Origin: Octopus sinensis
Taxonomy: Eukaryota
Direction: 5' to 3'
Assembly (NCBI RefSeq): GCF_006345805.1
Contig: NC_043013.1
Coordinates: 46,004,001 to 46,068,000, forward strand
DNA: 64,000 nt
Position 1 is the stretch's first letter. Each line of letters starts with the position of its first letter. The notes beneath the pieces were generated by a model that made no database searches, was not told the origin of the DNA, and was given only the letters and a program-made list of their open reading frames with translations. Positions 1 to 11,099 of the stretch are shown here, one piece after another. Position numbers and translations under genes: made by a program.

Positions 1-400
1 GCAGAGGGTTCGGCTGTACGCGAGTGAAACATGGCGAGTCACTAAGTCCTCCATTGACAAGACAGGAAACATTTGTGAATAGATGTCTCCGGAATATCTT
101 TCGAGTGAGATGACCCACAAACAAGGCCTCATGGAAACAGCCGAACTAGAAACCTGTCGAGACCTAGATGAAGTGAAGGAAACGGGGGTTGGCTGGAACA
201 CACCTTATGGCAACTTGTTTCCAACATTACAAGGTAAGCCTTTCGTGACAGAAGCGTGGCAGACCAACAGTCTATAGAAACTGAAGTACTGGCAGACTGC
301 TGCACTTGGGGACAACTGAAATCTATTCTCAAAGATCAATACAGATGGCAGTCTTTTATCTGTGCCCTCTGCTCCGCAAGGAGTCAAAAGAATTTAAAAA
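1..400 (+). mobile_element. Degenerate RTE-clade non-LTR retrotransposon, C-terminal RT region and 3' end
   Basis: Frames broken by stops and shifts give TWRVTK, TFVNRCLRNIFRVR, KRGRP and WGQLKSILKDQYRWQSFICALCS, the usual C-terminal motifs of RTE-type RT proteins. Confidence 0.6.
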
Positions 401-964
401 AAGACGCACCTTTATGGAATACTCAACCACTAAAACAGGTTAACTCAATAAACAAATTGTTCGGTTGCTCAAACTAGTGACTCCACATCGACGAAACTGA
501 CTGAGAACCGCTTATTTTCCCCAAAGTGAATGCAACATATTTGATGCTTCTCTTATTGTATGAAACTTTGAACATATTTTAAATCTAAATTCTATTTTAT
601 TCTAATCTTCTTGAAAGAAATTTAGTTGAAGAAAGCGGAAAAAAATTTGGATGGATCACGTCAATAATTCTCATTATGTCTCCTGATTATTACTAATTCT
701 CTTGGAATAAAAGACATTGTCCATGAAATGTCTGAAAAGATGAAATTGTGGCTAAAGAAACAATACAAGGAAGAACAAAGAAAAATGTCGACATTTTTCA
801 ATTCTCATATTATTTTCCCTGTTGGGTAGACACATCACCACAAGTCAGAAACTACTTTTAAATCCGTTGTCATTTATCGAAAGGTAGCCATTTAATTTCG
901 CTTGGTTTATTTTCTTTTCTGCTGGTGTTTATGAATTTATAGCGTCAATTCCAGATACACAAAT

Positions 965-1392
965 GCATACACACATACATACATACATACATACATACAT
1001 ACACACGTACACACATAATACATACACACATGCATACATACATACATACATGCATACATACATACATAGTACTACATGCATACATACATGCGTACGTTTA
1101 CATACATAAATGTATACATACGCACATACATAAGTACTATGTACATACATACATACTACATACATACATACATACATACTACATACACACGTACACACAT
1201 AATACATACACACATGCATACATACATACATACATGCATACATACATACATAGTACTACATGCATACATACATGCGTACGTTTACATACATAAATGTATA
1301 CATACGCACATACATAAGTACTATGTACATACATACATACATACATACATACATACATACATACATACATACATACATACATACATACATAC
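965..1392. repeat. (ATAC)n microsatellite with a duplicated 184-bp higher-order unit
   Basis: The variants acacacgtac (1001, 1185) and gcgtacgttta (1090, 1274) recur at a 184-bp offset. Confidence 0.9.
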
Positions 1393-1527
1393 AGAGTGAC
1401 AGACAGACGGGCCGACGGACGAACGGACAAAGAGAAAAATAGACAAACAGATGGATGGACAGACAGACAGACAGCCAGACATGGCTTCTTGGTTAAGAAG
1501 CTCACTTTAAACATTTTTTAAAACCAA

Positions 1528-1608
1528 TTACATCGACTCCAGTGCATAACTGGTACTTATTTAATCGATCCCGAAAAGATGAAAGGCAAATTCGACCTCG
1601 GCAGAATT
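1528..1608 (-). mobile_element. SINE family B fragment (central domain)
   Basis: Reverse complement of gccgaggtcga(c)tttgcctttcatc...gatcgattaaataagtaccag, which is shared with the full copies at 13145 and 18543. Confidence 0.8.
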
Positions 1609-2220
1609 ATTGTTTGGATAAAACCGGACATCCACCGTTTGTAATAAAAGTGGTCCCCTGTAAACTTGTATGTTCGAATTCTGAAGTTTAAGATTTGATT
1701 CTCAGTCAGTGTTTTTGTTACATGTTCTGAATGAATGTGGAAATGATTTATTTTCTCAAGTTTGATCAGGCAGTGCTTCGAGACACAGCTTTCCTCAGTG
1801 AGATACAACATTATCGACAACAGTATCAGAAAAAAATTGAAGCAAATCACATCGAAGACACCTCATTAGAGCAGGGACGTATATTCCAGGTGTGCTAGTG
1901 TGCACTGTACACCCATCGAAAATGGCAAATTCATTATAAATATTAACTTTTCTTATTAATTCAATCATAAATCTTAATGGGAAACTTTTGCTATACTCTG
2001 CTTGAAATTTGGTGGTTTTGGGTGTGACAGATCACCCAATACAACAACCACCATGCGCCACTGCATTAGACGTAGGTCTTGAGTGACGAAACTATATCTC
2101 TAAGTTTCCTTAAAAGTACACTGCATTTTAGCATGATTAGAATAAGAATAGTTACGATTGCAGACATTGTTAATGTTGATGACTAGCCGCAAGTTTTGTA
2201 ACTTTTGGTCCCAAATATAA

Positions 2221-2591
2221 TCTATATATATATAAGCGGCAAAATGTGTTGTGTGTATGTGTGTGTGTATCCTTTATACAAATCCACAATTTTTCAGTTA
2301 GAGGGCTCGCACTTTCTATGGTCATTTAAAACCGTCCAAGGGTAGTCGTGCACATCGTTACATTTCCCCAGTCACCCCGCAAAGCCATTAAAAAAATCAA
2401 TAGAAGTTACTTTTTTGTGAATTTTCTATCCAAAACCCAATCAAAATGCCCGAAACTTGATACGCCAATTGAATGCCAGCTAGCTGTATGTGATTGGTCG
2501 GAGATTTGGACAGTACTTGCGTGTATGTGTGCATGCACGCAGCTGTATATGCATGCACAGCTGTATATGCATTGCCGGGTCATAGTGCTAG
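2221..2591 (+). mobile_element. Non-autonomous Helitron (family H2)
   Basis: A|TC start (tctatatatatataagcggcaaaatg), 3' gcattgccggg hairpin remnant, then CTAG|T. A homologous copy lies at 41580-41858 on the minus strand. Confidence 0.75.
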
Positions 2592-3084
2592 TAGTATAAT
2601 GAAATTGTTGCATACAATGCTCAGATGCACTACAACTAATAATTAAATCAATAAATAAAAAAAGCATTAGGTGAAGTGTTGGCGAATTTCAGGAAGCATA
2701 GAAGTGTTGAAGGATATAGTGCCTCGACTGCTAACAACTGATGCAGGTAGTATATTCCATGCTTCAGCAATTCTGAGCGTGAAAAAATGTTTCCGAAAGT
2801 CATGGGTGCTGTGTTGTTTTTTCTATAAGAAGTAAAAGAAGATTTTGGGACAAAATTTAAAGATCTGATTGAAGTGAAAATGCCTGACTCATTAAAAACT
2901 AGTTGCAGGAAAAAATAGAAGAGAAACATTCATTGAATTAAAAATGGTTGTCGAAAATCAAAACGATTTCAAGAACAACAAAACTTCACCAACATGCTGA
3001 GAACCTGGATTGAACCAGGAACCTCGAGCCTAACCTTGTCTCAACTAGGCTATTTCGGCTGAGTGTTATATGTTTCTCTTTTAT

Positions 3085-3300
3085 CTTTTGCTTGTTTTTG
3101 TCATTAGACAAAGGCCATTCTGGGGCACCGCCTTGAAGAACTTTGAGTCGAATGAATCGACCCCAGTAATTATTTGTCTAACCCTGGTACTTATTCTATC
3201 GGAGTCTTTCGCCGAACAGTTAAATTACGGGGACATCAACACACCAACACCAGTTGTCAAGCGGTGGTAGGGGGTACAAAACACACACTGGCACATACAC
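3085..3300 (-). mobile_element. SINE family A, older 3' fragment
   Basis: Diverged match to the family A body (gccgaac...acggggac..aaacacacc...ggttgtcaagc). Confidence 0.65.
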
Positions 3301-3589
3301 ACACAGAAATATATATGTATATGAAAAATTAATTAAATGTGAAGTGAATAAAAAATCCGCATGATCTTTCTTGGGTCACGGCTGTTTCTGCTATATGATG
3401 CAATGTACTCATAGTTGAGTGCTTGTGTTTCAGCCTTCTAGCTTCATCGGAGTTCATGACAAAATTTCTTATTCCCTTGTCATTTATTCAGTTTCCTATT
3501 ACTGCTCTGTACTGGAATGACGCCTTGTTCTGAAGCATATAATGTTGAGTTCTAATACCAGGTTATTAGTATATATATATATATATATA

Positions 3590-4549
3590 CTAGCAGCATA
3601 GCCCGGCGTTGCCCGGGTATGTAAGAGCCCCTAGAAAGCAACGACTAATCCCAATGTAGTCCTTTCCCTCTAGGGAACGAAGGCGCATGTGTAGGTTGCA
3701 ATGTCTTCTCTTCACTCGAATACTCCTGTGTATACGATGTTCCTAGCTGTCCCTTTGGGCGAAAACCTGAAAACATCATTGCGCCTCCCAACGCGTGAAC
3801 AGCCCACGTAGAGTTGACCGTAGGCGAAGTACTGTTCGCCCAACTGTAACCCAGCGACTTGTAGCGTTTGTCCTTGGGATTTATTGATGGACATTGCGAA
3901 GCAGAGTTTAACAGGAAACTGAGAACGCCTGAAGTGGATTGGTAGGTCAGCGCCCGACGGTTGAAGGTGCATGCGTGGAATGAAGACGTCCTCTCCCTTC
4001 CCACAACCGGTAAGTATTGTGGTCGTTATTAAATGTGGTGGCAAATGTTTCACAACCAGACGTGTGCCGTTGCACTGTTTAGGTGGAACCAAATTCCTGA
4101 TGAGCATAATGGGCGCACCGACTTTTAACTTCAGGATGTGTGGCGGCAGGCCTGGCGGTTCAAGTGAACTCAGGAATTCAACAGGATAATCGGCAAGCTC
4201 GGCGGGGTCTGCTGTCCTATCAATAGATTTGTAGACGTGAACATCACCAGGAATAGCTTCAAGTAGCTGGATATTGATGGAGTTGAGAGTTAAAAAGGTC
4301 GAGTTGCGTCCCCTAGACAGTCTATGGTTTGTGTTTCTGATTCTCGACCCCATGTCGAATTTATCAATTTTTTTCAGAACTGGGGAAACTTTTCAAAATT
4401 TTCGCTGCGTTAGTTTTGAATTATGACATTGGGCTATGTGTGTGTCAAGTTTCATCAGAATCGGTTGAAAGCCGTGGTCAGGGTGAGGGTACAACCTGAC
4501 AGACACACAGACACACAGACAGACAAACTGCCGTTTATATATAGAGAGA
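3590..4549 (-). mobile_element. Helitron (family H1), internally deleted, retaining a helicase fragment
   Basis: On the minus strand: A|TCTCTCTATATATAAACGGCAG 5' end, 3' CCCGGGCAACGCCGGG hairpin followed by CTAG|T, and a sense-oriented PIF1-type ORF inside. Confidence 0.9.
3712..4353 (-). pseudogene. Helitron RepHel PIF1-family helicase, C-terminal fragment
   Basis: Motifs PPGLPPHILKLKVGAPIMLIRNL, CNGTRL, QFPVKLCFAMSINKSQGQTL and GQLYVGCSRV. The N-terminus is non-coding element sequence and there is no Rep domain. Confidence 0.9.
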
Positions 4550-4584
4550 TAATGAGTAAAGCAACTAGTATATGCATATATATG

Positions 4585-4776
4585 ATAGATCGGTAGCCAC
4601 TACACACATTTTTTTCTCTCCTTGTTTCTCTCCTTGTTTTTTTCTGTGTCCCTTTCTGAAGAAGAGCGTAGGCACGAAACGTAAAAGACTTTTTCTATTC
4701 CTGAGCGTTATACTAATACATCTGTTGTTTTGAATACCACCTGTCTTTGTCTTTTGTTTTTTACGTGAACTCCCCC

Positions 4777-4778
<2 letters not shown>
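4585..4778 (+). mobile_element. Penelope-like (pLTR-type) short fragment in (TA)n
   Basis: Homologous to 8420-8550 (minus strand), contains a hammerhead-like motif, and is bounded by TA-rich tracts. Confidence 0.55.
4652..4687 (+). ncRNA. Minimal type-I hammerhead ribozyme motif
   Basis: CTTT-CTGAAGA-A-GAGC gtag GCAC-GAAA-CG-TA-AAAG: stem I CTTT/AAAG, intact core, palindromic CG stem III, GUA cleavage triplet, one stem II mismatch. Confidence 0.6.
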
Positions 4779-4839
<61 letters not shown>

Positions 4840-4897
4840 ATATATAATATAATAATAATAAATCTCTAAGCGAGGTATAAACAGTAACTGCTCTGTA

Positions 4898-5305
4898 ATA
4901 TAAGCGGGATCAGCCATCTGAATGTGGCTAGGGACAGGGCGGGGTGGTGGGGGTGTTACTGATGCATTTAGCCCCAGGCGACTATAGACGTCACTAGAAG
5001 AGCCGACACCATCACGGTGTCCTTGCTAGCCTGTAAAGGGAGATCAGCCTCCCCGAAGATACGGATGCTACACACGGACCGGTTTCGAGGTGGTCGCCTC
5101 TCGTCGCGACCACCTCGAAACCGGTCCGTGTGTAGCATCCGTATCTTCGGGGAGGCTGATCTCCCTTTACAGGCTAGCAAGGACTCCGTGATGGTGTCGG
5201 CTCTTCTAGTGACGTCTATAGTCGCCTGGGGCTAAATGCATCAGTAACACCCCCACCACCCCGCCCTGTCCCTAGCCACATTCAGATGGCTGATCCCGCT
5301 TATAT
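4898..5305. repeat. 408-bp near-perfect palindrome (200-bp arms, 8-nt loop)
   Basis: Arms 4898-5097 and 5106-5305 are reverse complements with one mismatch seen (ggtgtcc vs ggagtcc). The loop is ctctcgtc. Confidence 0.95.
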
Positions 5306-5306
5306 A

Positions 5307-5365
<59 letters not shown>

Positions 5366-8300
5366 CATATATAATGAGTAAAACAACTAGTTTTAAATCT
5401 CTGAATGAGATCGAAGTAGTAACAATACTGCATAGTAAAGTCTATTTGCTAAACGTAAGGTAACAGTGCTGCGTAGAACTATGTTACTACCTTTTAACCC
5501 CAGTAAAACATATTTTCCAGCTGGTTATCGACGCACAATCTGTGTCTGAAATATATTGTGAGCAAGGGAGCGTACTACTCCCTCCTAGTCACTACCTGTA
5601 CCAGCAGACCAATGATTTCTGGTTAATTTCCCATCCTCGGTGCTGGACAACCGCTGGCAAGAAACAGCAGCTTACTCGACCCTACTCCCAGTATATAAGT
5701 ATAAAAGTGACAGGCATATATGTATATATAAAGATTTAAATAATATATGAATATATGAATATATACATACCTACATATATATGTATATATACATGCATAT
5801 ATGGGTACAGGACATCAAAAAAAAGTTGAACACAATGAGAAACGAAAACATACAAACAAAAACATAGAAACGAACTTTTTTCGAACAAGGAAAAAAACAA
5901 ACGAGAGAAACGAGACACTCAACATAAAGACTATTCCCCTTCTTCAGTTGTCCCTGTTTCATCTACTCCGCGTTACGAAGGCATGGACAATCTATATATA
6001 TATATATAAAGATAGTTATGGCTGGTCTATGTGGTTACCTCGGGTTTTGCAAAGCACTAAGCTTTACAGCGTCTCATCAGGCGTTAATGGGCGGTGGCCT
6101 ATAACCTCTCTTCCAAGTGGAGGAAGAAAGGACCTTGTGGCTAGTTGTTGAACACACAAACAAAGGAGACGGGTTAAGCCAAAGGGATCCCCTCCCTTAG
6201 ACCGCTACTCGGAGTCTACCCGGTCAGCTTGCGGGTTCCGGGACTTCAGCAGAAATCTCATGAAGTCTTCAGTCCCAGTATTAACTATCTATTTCAATGA
6301 AATCGGGCAAATATATTAAAAATCTGATAAAATTTTATGTTTGTTACTTAATTATGATACCAAAACAAATAGATTTATAAATCTTATGTCAAAAGTCTTT
6401 TCTGAAAATTTTCGACATGTGCTCCATCTGTATCCTGCACATTTCAAATTTATCCTTAGCGCTGGTGAAACACATTTTGAAGCATTTCGGTGGTTATCTC
6501 CTACACTGCATTTTTTAAGTCCAACTAAACTATTATTGCATCATCCTGGGGATAGAGGTAGAGAGAATGAGTGTAGCTAAATTGAAAAAAGCTGTTGTAG
6601 ACAGATAAGCGGGATCCAACAGGAATTATAAAAAACAAGTTGTAAATATTATAGAATTATAAACAAGATAAAAAAATTTAACACTTTTAACAAAACATGA
6701 TAACCATGAATAAAAGTGAGTTTTTTAAAAAATTTCACTCAATTATATAATTCTAGAGCGCCCTGTATATAAACATCTGCATTTTGAGATCGTAATCAGA
6801 CAATCTGTTCTTTTAATACTAGCGAAGTTTTGGTTATTAACATGATAATTTTATTATACATTACTTAAAAAAAGGAACTGCTAATACTTGCGATAACAAA
6901 CTATAAATATTAAAAGGGTTAAAAGCCATCATTAAAATAATATGTAATATTGTGTAAAATGCAGATCGATGACCAATATTTTGCGTGTCTAAATTACTAA
7001 AAATACTCTGAGATGATCCTATCAGCTTACATTTGAGGCACCAAGTTGATACAAAATGTTGGCGGTACAATAGTGCAAAGTCTGCAACGCCAGTTGGGAT
7101 CAAAATCAATAATAGTGTTTTGATGTATCATTTAGTTCTGTGCTGGAAACATAAACCGATTTCATTCTGTGGATATTCCTAGGAAACAACGACATAAAAC
7201 ACCGAAAACTCATTGTAAAATTAAAATATTCAATTAATTTTTGTAAATATCACAAAGAAATTAATTTCATGAATTATTTTCTGAGAGATGTGCGTATTAG
7301 TTTTAATAAAAGTGTCTTTTAATTTAGTTCTGAGAGGTTTTATTGGCATAGAATTTATGTATTGATCTTTCTTTGATGTGTTGTTATTATATAGAAGAGA
7401 TGTCAGGCTGGGATCATAGCCTATTGTTATATTTATAATATTAGAGGTGGTGCTGGAGAGGAAGGATGGCGGGAGAACGCGTAGCCTGTTGCGGTATTTT
7501 TGTAACAGATTGTGAATAGCGAAAATACAATGCCTATGGAGGCATTTTTAGTTGCAGAGGGAGTGGGTGGGAGGAATGGTTTACCGCGGCAGTTCTGGTG
7601 CAAAGAATTACATACACAATAAATACACTGTGGAGATTCAGTAAGAGAGACGGTGACAAATACAAATGCGAGAAACACCTAAAAATAGAAAAAGCCTGCA
7701 ACAAGATGGAGTAGAGATTAATATTCCGAGCGATGCCATTAATCGGAGACGAAATGAAGAGAAAAATGTTTCTACTCCAACTTACAACATAGCGATAAAT
7801 AAATGATCAACAAAGCCTCCACTTAGTCACTCGACCTCCTAAAAATAGCAGCTAAATACCTCTTGACTTATATCCAACATCTTAAATAAAGAAACGTTAC
7901 AATTATTTGATGTATTCTTACATACCTTTAAAACAGACACGATGGTCACGACAGGAACGCCTTTAATCATTTTATTTAATTAATTTTTTTTTTTTGCGAT
8001 CGAGGCTAACCCATATATAAACAGTAGCAGCAGCAACAACGGCAACGGCCACAAAAACAACAACAATAATAATAACAACAACAACAAGAGCAATGATAAC
8101 AATGGCAATAACAACAACAGCAACAACAACAACAATAACATATTTCTCTTGCTAATATTTTCCGTCCATTTCGTAGCGTCACCGACCATCCCGGGCGTGT
8201 TGGTTGTTCAAGTGACAATCCTTACAAAACCATTATCTATAATAGTACATTTAGAGAGGAATAATATAGAGAACGAGCGACATACTTAGCTTGTGGTATT

Positions 8301-8419
8301 TCGGGAACGAAGACAGTAATGGACGGACAGAAAACGAGATTGGACACAATAGTGTTTCTAACACACACACACACGTATGTATATATGCACACACACACAC
8401 ATATATATATATATATAGA

Positions 8420-8545
8420 AGAATTCACGAAAAAACAAAAGGAAGACAGGTGGTGTAGAAAACAAACAGATGTATTGAAAAAGTCTTTCACGTTTCGAGC
8501 CTACGCTCTTCCACAGGAAGGAACACAGAAAGAAACAAGGAGAGA

Positions 8546-8550
<5 letters not shown>
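8420..8550 (-). mobile_element. Second copy of the Penelope-like fragment, with a decayed hammerhead
   Basis: The minus strand reads CTTC-CTGTGGA-A-GAGC gtag GCTC-GAAA-CG-TG-AAAG at 8520-8485. Flanked by (TA)n. Confidence 0.55.
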
Positions 8551-8603
<53 letters not shown>

Positions 8604-8605
<2 letters not shown>

Positions 8606-8763
8606 CGCAGGAGTGGCTGTGTGGTAAGTAGCTTGCTAACCAACCACATGGTTCCGGGTTCAGTCCCACTGCGTGGCATCTTGGGCAAGTGTCTTCTGCT
8701 ATAGCCCCGGGCCGACCAATGTGAGTGGATTTGGTAGACGGAAACTGAAAGAAGCCTGTCGTA

Positions 8764-8800
<37 letters not shown>

Positions 8801-9038
8801 GTGTATGTGTTTGTGTGTCTGTGTTTGTCCCCCTAGCATCGCTTGGCAACCGATGCTAGTGTGTTTACGTCCCCGTCACTTAGCGGTTCGGCAAAAGAGA
8901 CCGATAGAATAAGTACTGGGCTTACAAAGAATAAGTCCCGGGGTCGATTTGCTCGTCTAAAGGCGGTGCTCCAGCATGGCCGCAGTCAAATGACTGAAAC
9001 AAGTAAAAGAATAAAAAGAGTAAAGAGTAAAGAGTAAA
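8604..9038 (+). mobile_element. SINE family A (tRNA-derived), full length
   Basis: Head ggcgcaggagtggctgtgtggtaag (A box) and ggttcagtccc (B box), internal (TA)n/(TG)n, tail aagtaaaagagtaa. Confidence 0.9.
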
Positions 9039-9047
9039 TATATATAT

Positions 9048-9079
<32 letters not shown>

Positions 9080-9283
9080 CACTGTATATATACATATGCA
9101 TATAGTATAAATATATATATATATACACATACATCCATATATATATGTATATTTATATATATTTACATTTATACAAGAAATATATATTAAGGGACAGAGG
9201 CAGTATTAATATTGAGAGGTAATCTCTCATTATAACTACTAACGTACACACACGCACACAAACGCGCGCGCACACAACATATG

Positions 9284-9344
<61 letters not shown>

Positions 9345-9351
<7 letters not shown>

Positions 9352-9562
9352 GAAAGAACCACCTTTTATCAATTCAAAATGAACAATTAATTACACCATC
9401 TAGAAAATTACGTATAATAGAAATATTAAAATTAAAATAACAATAAAATACCAATGATTAAGTAAATTGCAAAAAAATAAATAAAAACATATATTTTTCT
9501 AGATGGTGTAATTTATTTGTTCATTATGAATTGATAAAAGGTGGTTCTTTGTAATTTCTTAT
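9345..9562. repeat. Fold-back element (~65-bp arms) between (TA)n tracts
   Basis: aagaaccaccttttatcaattca...acaccatctagaaaa, and its reverse complement at about 9493-9562. Confidence 0.85.
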
Positions 9563-9792
9563 ATATATATATATCAATAATAAATATTAGGGAATAAATC
9601 CAAACTTAAAGGGAAAAATCAGATTTAGGAATGAATCCAATTTTATAGTAAAATATTATATTATATTAAATTAGAGATAAAACCACTTTTAGGCAAATCA
9701 AACAATGAAAAACTTAAGCCAATACATACGATTATTTAATTTATATTATTTAAATATATAACAAAATTATTAAAAAAATATAATTAATATCA

Positions 9793-9856
9793 CACTACGA
9801 TCGTTTCATGCCTGCTAACTTCTTCAAATTTTTGAGTCGCTGTCATTCATCAGGTG
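9793..9856 (-). ncRNA. Type-I hammerhead ribozyme motif, second family
   Basis: Minus strand: CAC-CTGATGA-ATG..(long imperfect stem II)..CAT-GAAA-CGATCG-TA-GTG, with a palindromic stem III and a GUA triplet. Confidence 0.55.
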
Positions 9857-9887
9857 GTTTAAATATTTATCTTGGCGAGGTTTAATA

Positions 9888-9926
<39 letters not shown>

Positions 9927-10014
9927 TATATTGTGTGAAATTTGATTTAGTATTTCTAAATTGAATTTTTTCCCTGTAAGTTAGGATTAATATTCCCTCA
10001 AATAATTATCATTT

Positions 10015-10019
<5 letters not shown>

Positions 10020-10061
<42 letters not shown>

Positions 10062-10104
10062 AGATAGATAGATACATACATACGTACGTACATACATACA
10101 TACA

Positions 10105-10135
<31 letters not shown>

Positions 10136-10194
10136 GCATGTATGTATGTCTGTATGTATGTATGCATGCATCTATCTATCTATCTATCTATTTA

Positions 10195-10228
<34 letters not shown>
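10020..10228. repeat. Compound microsatellite (TA/GA/GATA/TACA/TCTA)
   Basis: Seen directly in the sequence. Confidence 0.95.
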
Positions 10229-10230
<2 letters not shown>

Positions 10231-10364
10231 CGTGGCTGTGAGGTAAGAAGTTGGCTTTGCAACTATTTGGTTCCATGTGTCAGCTCATGCATGTGTGTCT
10301 TCATGCCTGTGTTTGTTTCCCACCATCGTTTCACAATCGGTTTCTTCCATTTTATACCTTTTGT

Positions 10365-10570
10365 AATCTAAAATAGATTGAAATGCAATAGATCGATACT
10401 AGGGTCATAATTATGGGTGACAATTTCATACGACACCGCTACGGAAAATGGGATGTTTTTCTAGCAGTGTCAAATGAAAATGTCACCCATAATTATGGCC
10501 CTAGTATCGATCTATTGCATTTCAATCTATTTTAGATTTAGGGTTAGAGTTAGGGTTAGGGTTAGGGGTT
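10365..10570. repeat. 174-bp hairpin followed by a short (TTAGGG)n-like tract
   Basis: Arms 10365-~10440 and ~10462-10538 are reverse complements, followed by ttagggttagagttagggttagggttagggg. Confidence 0.85.
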
Positions 10571-11099
10571 GGGGAAGAGTATCTTTTTTTCTTCACAAAT
10601 GTAAATAAACCCAATCTGTTTCTTAAAGGAGGGACATATTCATTATGCACAGAATGTTATTTACCTAAATGGACGTCAGCGATTGGTTAAAATTGCCGAA
10701 ATGCTAGAAATTAAAGACGAAATATCTTACAACCTATAGAATTTTCTCAATAAAGCCAAGAGAAAATGATGTTCTATAAACACATTCTACCAGTATACGA
10801 AGTTTAAAACTTTTTAGTTACCTAGAAATTATGTTACAAAGTGCCGTTCAAAAGGAAAAGATCCTCGATAAATAAAGTACCAGTTTCGCACTGGGTCGAT
10901 GTAATCGACTTATTCCCTTTGTCTGTCTTTGTTTGTCCCCTCTATGTTTAGCCTCTTGTGGGTAGTAAAGAAATATATATATCGAAATATAAAATATTTG
11001 AAATAAAATATGGAATAAAAATATGAACATGAGATGATATGCTAACGTGAAAAAGAAATATATATAAATCAATTGTTGACCAAATTTTTTAATGTTCCA

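Noticed and set aside
1557-1850. 97-aa minus-strand ORF with a hydrophobic N-terminus
   Set aside because: It ends inside a SINE fragment and has no recognisable motif or exon partners.
5930-6095. Hammerhead-like words on the minus strand (CTGAAGA near 5947; CTGATGA near 6082 with a hairpin)
   Set aside because: GAAA, the cleavage triplet or stem I pairing is missing or in the wrong order. At most these are decayed relics.
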